DNA of 62,658 nt, filler included. It is 7 parts of 7 records of this genome, joined end to end, with 100 filler letters (N's around TTAATTAATTAA, not from the genome) between each part and the next. Parts side by side here need not be neighbours in the genome. Positions count along the whole stretch, not along the records: positions 1 to 14,339 come from DRR378314_2433; 6 more parts are not named here. One strand, given 5' to 3'. Shown here piece after piece: positions 1 to 11,243 of this stretch (position 1 is the first letter of the stretch; each line of letters starts with the position of its first letter). The translations under genes were made by a program, and so were the position numbers. Below the pieces are notes generated by a model, which ran no database searches, had not been told where the DNA came from, and worked only from the letters and a program-made list of their open reading frames with translations.

Positions 1-46
1 AACAACAACAACAACAACAACAAAAACAAACACAAAACAAACAAAC
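1..46. repeat. (AAC)n / A-rich microsatellite, probably inside an intron of the minus-strand Kv gene
   Basis: aacaacaacaacaacaacaac followed by a degenerate A/C tract. Confidence 0.85.
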
Positions 47-681
47 TCCACAGGTGTCTGAAAGCTATCATACACACACTGGTGCAGAAGTCTTGGGGTT
101 GGCCCAAGCGCACAGTTGCAACGCGTCCGAGACAAAAACGAAGCCGCAGTGCAGCGGCTACATGTGCGCCTATCTGGGAGCCAAGCTCCTCTCCTACGGC
201 AAAGTTCGACCTGCGGGATAGCTCAAGCACTGGCCGTAGACACAACTGCCAATCGGGCGAGAGCGCCACAGAACACCTTTTCATGGATTTCGATAACTGC
301 AACAATGATGCAACTTCTCCGACTAAACTTGGGAAAACAACAGGTATCTCATGCAGCGGCGAAGAACTGTGAGATCGGCTACAGTGCAAGAGAATGATGT
401 TGTAGTTGTGCGCCGCGCAGGGCCGGCCGAGGAATGTGACAATTCGCTACGCGGAATCGTACTGCGCACAGACCATCGCACCGTACTGCACCCCTACCCA
501 CACAAGCAATGGCCCACACGCACAGCCCAGTGACGTGGATCGGATCAACCACGACCATGAACGAAAAGGAAAAGCGTTTCATTGGACAGAAACATCGCGT
601 TCGTGATGGCGCGGAAATAGGCGTCGCGTGCAGGTGCGTGCGGGGCCGTGACCCTACCGCTGTGCGTTTTCGGTGGCGCAC

Positions 682-3608
682 CTTCGGCTGCCGTTGTCTC
701 GGTACCAGATGCGTGTACTCGGATCAAATGTCCCGCGCTCTGCGTAGTAGATCAACGTTGAGAGCACGATCATCGCCGCTGCAAGGACAGTTCCAAGCAG
801 AAGGAGCCCACTGCCCGACTCGATCATTGCAGTTCCAAACACCTGTCATCCGTGAACGACAGGAAGCAAGAACCACAACGAGCACATCAATCCATCGCGG
901 CGAAACATCTCGCAGGATTCTGCCCCGCCGCAGCAAACCATCTATGCAAGAAGGTGCACAGAACAAACATCTTGTCCGCACGACGCAAGATGTCGCAGGT
1001 ACATCGGTCTTGAGTGCTAGCATTTATGCGCGCGCGTCAACGGGTGGCCCATCCAGAGATGTCCGCACGCAATGCGGGCATGCCAGGAGCAGCGCCATCC
1101 GCAGGCGCGCAGCACCGCGAAATGCGACGTACCCGCAGAGAAGGAAAGAAGCGCGTGAGCTTGAAAACGCGGAAGACACGCAACAAGCGGATGACGCGCA
1201 GGAGGGCTAGGCCTGCGCCGAGAATGGCGGATCCGTCCAGAATTTCTTCGATATAAAACGGCATGATGGCAAGGAGATCGATCACAAACAGTGGTTCTGC
1301 GAAGCGACCAGCGCAGCAGCAACAGCATCAGGCAACGAATGGCGGATTGCTTCTAGAGGTGCCGGACCTAAAACGCAGTCCATTTCACCTTTGCATTGTG
1401 AAAAAAAGGTACAGAGGTTTTTTTTTTCGCGGTCGCTCAGAGAGCCACGCGATCTGCGGGTTCTGCGCGGCATCCGCGGGTGCGCAGGTACCAGCGTACC
1501 TGAGGCCGTGGCAAGGGGATCGCGCGACAGCCACATGCGGATGATGTACTCGCACGAAAATATGCTGATAAATATGACGTCAAACACACGGAATATGTCT
1601 AGAGGCAACCATATCAAACGAACGGATACGCGGTAGGTAAGGGTGAGAGAATGCAGATCGACAATACGTGGGGGGAGCGCGGGCAGGGCTAGCTGCGCGC
1701 ATGGTGCCTAGTATGGTAAACGAACGGCACACCTCAACATAATAGCACTACAGTGGAAAGTGAAACGCCTGGTAAACAACCCAAATAGTCTATTGCACAC
1801 CGCAAATGTGGCAATGAGAAATATGTCCTTACAAGCAGTCGCGACTCTTGCCAAATACAAGCACGGAGATGAGACGTCGAGGCGACTCTCGACCAACAGC
1901 AGGGGATGGTTGCCGGGCGCATGATACAACAGGTTATCAAATGAAGGCATACAGCTACAGTTGCTGATGGCTTTTCTAGCCACCGTAATGTACGGTTCGA
2001 CAGCGCCAGTACGGCAGGCTGTCACGTCAATGCAAATCGATCGTCAGAGATTCCAAAGATGCTCATGGCGCAGTTTGGCACTACCTGCGCAATCTGTGTC
2101 CGGGCCGCATGCAGTCCTTTACGTTGCACGCTTGCGCCGCTGGGTTGCGTGAGCATTCGAGGTGCGCCTTTGCCACTGTGTGAGCAGCGTGAGCGCATAG
2201 CCAGCTCCAGAGCGGGACACAAACTCATAGCAGACTGCATACGTATGCACGCACGTGCGTCGTGTACATTGTTTGTTTGGTCAGGGTGATTGCCCGCCCC
2301 GGCGCCGAGGGAGTAGAGAAGCAGGAAATCTGCACGCACCTGTGTCTTCGTACAGTTCAGGGAGGGTTTCCACACATAGCGCCGTTGTTGCGAAGATAAT
2401 TGCAAGAAAAATAATAGCATCGAATGCAACGCCCTGCACGCACGCGCCAAAACCCGGGTCCCATGAATAATTTTCATCAAATTCAGAGGACAGGAAAGGA
2501 GCAGAGAGCTTGCAAATGCCGTTGGCTGCTCCGTGCACACGCTGTGCGAGAATCCGGTGCCGAACGCAACGCACCAGCAAGCTATTCGCTCGGCTGCGAG
2601 TATTCCTCTGCAGTTGCATTTCAGACGACGTGTACAGGTCCTCTAGGTCCTCGTAGCGCACAGAAGATTTCCACAGCGCAGATTTTTCTGCATTGCAGGC
2701 GCATGTGTGCGTGTGTGAAACAAAAAAAAAACAAAACAAACAAACAAAGAATAAACAATCAAAAATCAAGAAAAAACAAAAACAAAACAACGACCGTGAG
2801 TTACCTGTACAGGTGCAAGAGCCACAGCGCGCCTGCCGCCAAGTGCCTAGCGCCGGCACACTCGTGTTTCTGTCGCTGCCGTTCACTCGCACCGGTAGCA
2901 ACTGCGTGGCAAGTGCACCGTGCGTCGCAACGCAAGCACGAAGGCGGCGCATCGAACGAACCTGCTGCGTCGTACAGTTGCCTGAACATGCGTCGCCGGA
3001 CGGCAGGTTGCCGAAGCGAGATGACAACTGGATCGCTGCAGCAGAGAAAGGACGGCGCGCAACTTGGCGCGCATGTTAGCACAGGAAGGCTTGCAAGCGC
3101 TTGTAGCATCGGGCAGAGCAAGGCGCCGCCAGCCGGGTGAATGAAAAGTGCACACCGTGCCAACGAAGAGAACCACTGGATAAGCCTACGCCGAAAAAGA
3201 GCCCAAACAACGCCTCACAGTTGAGCATGAATTCCAAGCATCCAGTATGAAACTAACCAGTGCTATGGGATGGACGTACCCTCCTATTCCAACGGCCGGG
3301 AGCGAAGCTGTGGCTGTGAGGAGCTCTTTCGGCGAGAGGAACGACGACTTTGTGATATCCTGCACGAGATGGTGGACTTCCACGGCGGAGAGCCCCGCCG
3401 CCGTTGACTGCGAGGCCTTTTGGTCTGTGCCGGCGCTCTCAATCGTCCCATTGTCACTCGACGGACGAAGCGAGCTCTGAAAAGATACTGCTTTGTTGAG
3501 AGCGCCACTTGGGCGAGGTCGCTGCTGCTCACCCGCAGAGTGGGCGTCGGCAGCAGGCGCGGGCGGGCTGGGATGCCGCGCGTGCTGCTGCGCATGTGCA
3601 GCGACCAT
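682..3608 (-). CDS. Voltage-gated K+ channel paralogue A (Shaker-superfamily-like, no T1 domain), at least 7 exons; pore and S6 exons not found in the window
   Basis: Phase-consistent GT-AG exons 3608-3280, 3035-2962, 2687-2575, 2433-2340, 1598-1500, 1296-1133 and 842-682 give S1 (IIFATTALCVETLP), S2 (IFSCEYIIR), S3 (VIDLLAIMPFY), S4 (LRVIRLLRVFRVFKLTR) and S5 (LSTLIYYAERG). The start codon is tentative. Confidence 0.88.
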
Positions 3609-4694
3609 GCTTTGCGGTAGTCGCGGCGTGCGAGCGTCACGCACGGCACAGGGCTGTGCGTTTCTTTACACGATGGCGGAGCACAAGAGGCCTGTTCGGA
3701 TGCACAAAACCGCAAGAGACGCGTGCTCTGCTGAATAAGTGCGCCGCGCTTGCGGAAGAGTGAGATGCCAAAGGAACCTGCAGCGGGCGCGTGCGTGCGT
3801 GGTTCGCTGCACGAGCGGGGAAACCGTGCGCGCTCACACTGCACCGGTCCGGTCGATACGCCGATACTCCGGAGCACAGCGAACTGGCCGCGAGTCTGTC
3901 GTGGCGTTGACCACCTGGAGCGCCGCTGGCGTGCAAGGCTGCTCTTGGCACTGCGCAAAACGGCAAAAACAAGGCCTTGCGTGGTCTCACACTCTTTCAC
4001 TTTGCACAGCACGCGTGTCGCCAGAAGTAAGCTGCGCAAAGCGGCAGTTCTCTTCGAGAGAATAGCTTCCACGCCAACCCGCGAGCACACTCTGCAGCGC
4101 CTGGCGCGGTGAAGTTGGACAGTGCCTTATCTCAGCTCCTGGGGAACTGCTCGTATAGGTAGGGCTAGAAACGTTCGCGAGTGGCAACGCGGGTTCCCAA
4201 CTTATCCTCTGTCGAACTTTGTTTCTGTACTGTATTTCATTCGAGTGATATATGGGCTTACGCGCAAGAACGCGCGAATACTTGGCTACGCTTGTGACAG
4301 AATCCTTTCCCGTTTGTACATGTGTGCGTTGTAACCCTAGAAAGAGTAGGGGAGAGAATTCTTGCGCTCACAACGACGAGCCGTTCCCTTGTTGCCGGCG
4401 TGCGGCGGCGCGGCTCTTTTGCAGAGCGGATACATCCGGAGAATCGGCCTGCCACGCGCACGCTTTACCCGCAGAGCGTTGGCGCTCTGTGCTGCACGCG
4501 CGCATAGCACCCGCTCGCTGCACAACGGAAGCCCACGCGCGCGCGAAGATACCCTAAGTTCCGCGCCGTATTTTTGCCTGTGGCTTGATTATTACATTTG
4601 GTCTCGGCAAAGACGGGTTTTATTGCGCGCTCGCGTTGCGGTTGTGCGACTGCTTTCTGTAGCGCTTCTGCGTGCCGCCGTTCCGCCCTGAACA

Positions 4695-7600
4695 ATGAGC
4701 GACAACGCGCGCCACCTGACGCTACGCGCGGCACAGCAGGACTCTCTGCTCCGGCGAGCTGTCTCCGACATTAACCCCTCTACGCCGAGGTATCTTGATG
4801 TAATCTTGGTGATTGTGCACCTAATTCGGTGGTTTTTTATGTGAACAAGAGTGCACCTTGTATCTGCCGCTCTCAAGACGCGGCGAATTGACCTCTTCCG
4901 GCTTGTGCTGGGAAGGTGTGCTGGAACGTGGCTCGCGTAGACTGGTACGGGAGTGCGCCTCCTGCTTTCAGTTTGCCGTTCTACCGCTGTGCTGGGCCGT
5001 GCCTCGTGGTTGGTGTTTTCGTAGCCGTCGCACATGCGAGTGCATCTTTGTTGTCTCACTTTTCTAGCTTGCGACGGGGTTCTTTTGATTTCCGATTTCG
5101 TCGAGGCGCGCGCGTGCCTGTGCGGCCGGCCGGGAGATGAGCACGGTTCGCGAGGTCGCGCGGTGGATGTGTGTCGCCTTCACGCAGGTTAACCGGCGCG
5201 TCCGCTCGTCCCGCTGTCTTGAGCGTTGTGACGCTGCGAAATGTCTGTGTCGCGTTGCGCAAAACTGCTGTTTTTTGTTTACGGATTGGCATTTCCCTAT
5301 TCTGCTTGTGTTTTCGCCGCGATGAGATACCAAGGTCGGTACGGGCATTTGCGAGGACGAGCCGAGGTGCTAGGTGCTGGCTGTGCCTCTGGGTCTTTCT
5401 CAGGCGCCGTGGTGGCTGCTTGCCTCCGGACGCTGCTGGATAGCCGACGGTATCGCTTACTCCAGTGAGAGTGCAACACAGGCGCGCGCGTGCTTTGGCA
5501 GAGTCGCACAGCGCGACGGGCTGGGACAACTGAAACTCCTTTATTGATCACCGTGAAGCCGGATTGTATGTGTGTCTATGCTGCATTTTCGCCGGTTCTT
5601 TCCCGTGCGGCAGACGCGCGAGCTTCCGGGCACGCCCACATGCTGGTGCCGCCTGGCAGAGCGCTTAGTCCGGCGGGCCCACTCGTCGGTTGCTCGCGCA
5701 GCGTCTCTGAACAGGTGTACAACGCGTGTATGTCCTGGTGCGCTTTGTCGTTATTTCTCGATAGATTGACATAGGTAAAACGCCAATATTTTTTACATAG
5801 GAGGCTTGCGTAGTTGCGAAAGTGATGGGCGAAAATGCCCCGCGCGCGTCGGGTGGCGCTTGTGCGCGGTGCTGTTGCTTGGTGTGGATGTGTGTCGAGT
5901 CGCGCGTTGCGCTTTCTTTCTTTTTGTTCCTTTTTGTGGTCCGCGCTGCTGAGCGTGCTTATCTACAGCCTGCTGCACATCGCCCACGAGCCGCTTTTGT
6001 ATGCTGAAAGGGGTCCGGAATTTTGTCGTATCATCGATTTTTTTGTTGTTGAATTATTATAGTTTTTCTTGCGCGGGCAGTGTTACATTTTTGGAGGAAA
6101 CGAATGGAAAGCACTACCCTTCTGCTGTGCGTATTCGGTACCAGGGGATGCTCTTTGTTCACCTGCGTCAGAGCTAGCCTGGCACAGTCTAGCTAGTGTG
6201 CAGCTAAGTAAGGGTTTTTTTGCTGTTGAAAGCTGCAGTTGGCGCCATCAGGAGCACTGCTCGTTTTATTTTCCAATATGAACTTGTCCGCAACACCTGC
6301 GCCTGAAGATGCGTACCAGATGGCGAATCTGCCAACGTGTCGGCCCAGCACGCGAATTGCTTGCGATCTAAGTTCGCTCGCGGCGCGCTCCCCTTATCTC
6401 TGCCGTTCCTTGTAGGTGTGCGAATTGCTCTACTTTCTTTCTTTTTTTGCCGATGTTGGTTGCTCCAACGTGCTACACGGCTGTAGTTCGTCTTTGTTTA
6501 CATTGCTGTTTTCAAGCGGATAAGTCCGGTTGTGCCACGAGCAGATGATTCCTGTGCCTGATACGTATACGATATCCATATACGAACCGGTTTCATTCCT
6601 GCGTTGCTCGCGCAGAGCATCCGAGGGGGTGGAGATGACGAGCTTCGCGCCGCAGCGCCACAGCTTCGATTCCGCTGCAGAAAGCACAGGAAACCCGCGC
6701 GACTCTGATCACCAACGGCCTATTCACATGGAGATTGGCGAGGCGCTGTCGATGCCGCCGGAGGTGCGCTGCATCCTGGATCCGTATTTCAGATAGGAAA
6801 CGGAGTGCGCGCTTGGCATTCTTCCTTGGCGCATTGGAAGCGTCGATTGAGCGGCTGGCCTACTGGCGTGTGTACGGGGCGAGTGATGCTGCTGCTGCCG
6901 CTGCTGCTGTTGCTGTTGCTCGAGTTTGTTGGCATTTGCGAGCGTTTGTGTGAGTATGTATCGCACGTTTGTATGTGCGATTACTTTTCACGGAGGCGGA
7001 AAAGAGTTCATTCATATTCTTCCTTTTTTTTTGTGGGATGCATGGGCCGGTGATGCGTGGCGAGAGCAGCGAATGGCGAATTCTTCTTGCGCAGGGCAAG
7101 TCGCGTGTTGCATACATTGGGATGGCAAGGACCCTGCAGGGTACACGATTGCGCTCATCGTGTGTACCTTGCCATGCGTTCTTCCGCTTGATTATGCGGC
7201 ATGTCGTTGCAGGCGCGGCTTGCATTGCCCGGCGATCGAAAGCGGGAGTTGCACGGGGCGGGCGGCACATCAGCGATAAAGGCGGCGAAGAGCACTTCTG
7301 CAACGGTGATTGAGATGAAAGCGAAGCCACGAAACGCAGCACAGAAAGCACTGCGGGATATGTTTGAAAATCCTATCGAGACTCGCTTTGGGGTGGCGTA
7401 CACACTGACGAATTTTCTTTTCATTGTTGCGTCGACCATGGCCCTATGCGCGGAGACCTTTCCCGACAACTACAACCGCAACGTTGCGAGGTGGCGAGTG
7501 ACCGAAATTGTCAGTGTAGCGTTTTTTACCATGGACTACGCACTACGACTATACGCGTATGCCGGGGCATGGCGGCGATTCTTTACAAACACGATGAATG

Positions 7601-8859
7601 TGATTGATCTTCTTTCGATCATGCCGTTTTACATTGAGTTGTTTACGCAGGTTGCCGGCGAGGAAGTTCCCGAGGATTTCGCGCTTCTCCGCATTCTGCG
7701 CGTGACGCGGATATCGCGTGTTTTTGCCGTTTCCAAATATCTCAAGGGCCTCCACGCCTTTTCTCACGCTCTGTATCGATCGAAAGAAGGGCTTGAGCTG
7801 CTTGGATTTTTCGTTATTATTACTCTGATTCTATTTTCTGCGGCGATCTACTACGCGGAGCGTGGCACGTACGACTATTCGCTCCGCCTCTGGGTACGCG
7901 AAGACGGGGAGCTGTCGCCGTTTGGGAGTATCCCCGCGGCATTCTGGTGGTGCATTACCACTCTGACGAGCGTCGGGTACGGAGATGTTGTTCCAATTAC
8001 GTTTTGGGGGAAATTTGTGGGGTCGCTAACGATGATTGCGGGTATCTTTGTCATTGCGATCCCGACCGCCGTTGTCGGCTCGCACTTTATGGACGAGTGG
8101 CGCAAGGCGTCTGCAAGGTCGAGTCGCCAGCGGGCGGAAGATGCATCGACACCGTCGTTACAGTCGAAGAGCGAATCGATGCGCGAGGTAGTTGACCTGT
8201 TTGTGTTGATGCAAGAGACGCTGGTGGCACTGGGAATGACGAACAAGAACCTGCGTGCTTCTTTGGCCGATGTGCGCGATTGGCACTTGTCTGCGAATAA
8301 GTCAACCGGCCCAGACGGTGACGACGGTCTCGGGTGGTCTTCGTGGCCTCGGGCACTGGACGGGCCTGCGCAACAGGTGAAAACTATTTTACACACGGAT
8401 GCGGTGCGACTGCGATCGATGCATGCATCTGTGGCAACTGCTCGGGATTTTCTTGCGGTTGTATCGTCGAAGCGCGCATCTGCCGTGTCGGAGGGTCTGC
8501 AGGTCGCGGGACCGAGTTGGGACGTAGTTGACCGCCACAGTGGCGACAGCGCAGGCGGTGTTGTGACGACTGCCGACGACGACGCACTGGAGGATATTGA
8601 GCTTCCTGCCGTGGCGCTGGCTGCTGCGCAGCAGATCACCGCGTTGCAGCAAGGCAGTGTCGATCGAGAGGCGCGCAGCTCGCGCAGGCGAAGCGGAAGG
8701 AAACCGAGGGTGTCCTCTCGTGCGGATATGTCCGCCATGCCGTCGAGCGTGGACTCGCAGGAGAACCAAGACGACGGTGGTCCCGCGCCAGTGGAAACAG
8801 TTGACGCTTCCCCACGCGGTGGACGTCATGTTAGTGTCTTGGCTCGTCAATTCATATGA
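4695..8859 (+). CDS. Voltage-gated K+ channel paralogue B (6TM, TSVGYGD filter, no T1 domain)
   Basis: The large exon 7213-8859 (ORF 7201-8859) holds S1-S6, the pore helix AAFWWCITTLTSVGYGD and S6 AGIFVIAIPT. Two upstream phase-compatible exons, 4695-4789 and 6616-6763, are inferred from GT-AG signals and are less certain. Confidence 0.92.
6887..6920. repeat. (GCT/GTT)n trinucleotide microsatellite in the inferred Kv-B intron
   Basis: tgctgctgctgccgctgctgctgttgctgttgct. Confidence 0.7.
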
Positions 8860-11243
8860 TGCTCAAGCAGCGAGAGCAGCTTGCTGCTCGCCGTGGAATC
8901 GCTTTTGGCCTGGCTTGCGATGCGGGTGCGGTCACGAAGCGCATTAGCGGGCTACTTCCCGTTGCTGTGTCGAATACGCGTCGGCTCTTTGGGCCGTGCG
9001 GAGGGCTTTTTCTGATTTCGATGCTGATGCAACGTTACATGCAAATAGTTAAAAAAATTCAGTTGGTGGCATTTCTGCAGAGGGAATTATAGGAAAGGCG
9101 CCTTTTGGGTTGCTTTCGAGGCGCACTGGTTCACGGGGTCGTGCAAGGCTGTGGGGATTGCGGCCTGTGTCATGGCGCTCCTGGGATAGACCCGCGCTGT
9201 GCCGACTTGCCGGCATGCGGTGGTAAGTTCTGATAGAGAATGCCGTGTTGCTTACGGCGCCAAAGGCGAGTATGCGCATGGTTTGCGGCCAGATACGAAT
9301 TCTATTCAGCCGACTGTTGTTGACTAGCAGAGCTTGCGCTGTGTTGGGCGCCTCGATGCTTTCTCGTCGATCAGGTTCGCGACGGTTGTGGCACGAAGAT
9401 ACGCCTGTTTGGTGGGTGGGGTGGCTTCTTTGGCGCCTCAGCGACCCGAGTCGACTCACGCCTACGGATAGGTCGCTGCGGATACTGTCCAGCTGTCCGT
9501 GTATTTGCCTCGGCATTTCGCGAACGCCAGGGCAGGGAGTTTTTTTTTTGTTCTTGTTCTCGAATGTTGGAGGCAACCATGTGAAGAATTATTCAGCATG
9601 TCGATTGCTCCTTTACAGCGTGGGGCTGTAGGACGAGCTTATTTCTTCCACGCGGCGATTGCAGGCGCTTTACTATGTTGGATGGCAGTCTGACGGGCAA
9701 CGCAGGGGTTGGCACGAAGCTCCGGGCTGACTCACAGACCGAGGCGAGGTATCTGCAGCGCTGCATACTTTAGCAACGTCCCTTGATAGAAAAAGAAAAG
9801 GCCATATTGGGATGTATTTTGTAGCTACTTGTTCCTCTGCGTGAGAAAGGGATGAATGGAACTAGTGGTCGCGCATACTGACTTGATGCGCATCCTTGCG
9901 GCGCTACAAGCCCCCGCTTGGTGTGAGTTTCTGCGGAGAGACTTGCGAAACATTTCGCTGAGGTTTGCATTGACAAAGCCGATTGTACAGTACAACCTAA
10001 TGGGATTCAGCAAGTCTGCATGTATGATTTTGCAATAAAAAATGGATTATGAGGGCTTAGGGCGTGTCCCGCTCCCTACGGTTGCATCTGCTGCGTTGTT
10101 ATGATCTCGTCGTGGTCACCACCCTGCTCCCGTACGTACGTAGACATTTCTACAGTGTCACCGAATCGTGTTCGTTGCGGATGTTTCTGCTGGTAAAGCC
10201 TGAGGGGGTTCTTCGGATGGGTATCCCAGTTCTTACTTTTTTGCTAGATCAGGCTGGGGGTGTAGGATGGCGTGCCATCGTTAGAAGTACTCTGCCACGT
10301 TTGTGCCGCGGGGCTCCCCGTAGGACTCTGTGTGCGGCGACTAACCCCGCTGCGCACCTTGCAGCGCACCCCGCAGCGCGGGCATGCTGGTTCTCACTCA
10401 ACTTCTCACAAGTCCGAGGCGGGCACGACTTTGAAAGAACGTACGAAGGAACGGGCGTTAAAATGGAGCCACGTGTTGATTCACGATTTCACGGCCATTT
10501 GCTGCTTGAATATATGTCCGTGTTTGATACCACTGTCCTTTCTCACAGCGCTCGGTGAGGCCGGGGATCGAGGTCAGAGCTTCGCAGTGAGAACCGCTGG
10601 CAGCTGGCGAGGTATGCTCTGTGAGGATGCTGTTAGTACGTCCGTTGTCGTGCGCGCGCACGATACGCTATCGAAGCACCCGCTTGCAAGCACGGGTGAT
10701 TGTGCGGCGAAAAAACGCTTGGTGGTAATTCAGCTCATCTTTCTCTCCTATTGCGGTCCGGGCTCTTCACGGTGCAACCCGGTTCAGCACGAGCTTCATT
10801 TGACCGCGACGCGCTGGGGCGGTGCGGACTGTCGTCGGCCTCAGTCGTGCAGTAGGCGTTATGGTCCTTTGGTCATTCGACCAGACTGAACGAGGGCCGA
10901 GTTATTGAAGAGTGATTTCTACTACAGCGATTGTGTATTGGTTTATAGGCCGTATGTGACGACTTTGCAGCGAGCGGGCGCAAACTGGATTGTAACTGCG
11001 CGTGCGCGTTCAAGTGGGTGTCCACGGTTTGTTCGTACGCGCTCGATCCGTCTGCAGGGTAGACGAGATGCTCGGCTGCGTTTGCATTTCTCAACCCTTG
11101 CCCCAACCCATATTGTAAGGGGATTTTCCGCAACCTGCTCTGGCTGGAGGGCGAGCCCAGGTGCGCGGCACACGAGGCCATCAGCAGCCGATTCTTCCCG
11201 TGCCTGTGCCGGTGTCGCCTGCGCTGTTGCAGTTGCGGCAAGA

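Noticed and set aside
1-681. Pore (GYG) exon of Kv-A, or Kv-A as a poreless or pseudogenised channel
   Set aside because: No pore exon was found, but the last seen exon ends at a good donor and the window starts in a microsatellite, so truncation is the simpler reading.
8860-11243. Additional genes or RNA genes between Kv-B and the RasGAP, and in 40530-42680
   Set aside because: Only isolated exon-like stretches with no coherent protein. No tRNA, rRNA or snRNA pattern was recognised by eye; a covariance-model scan would be needed.
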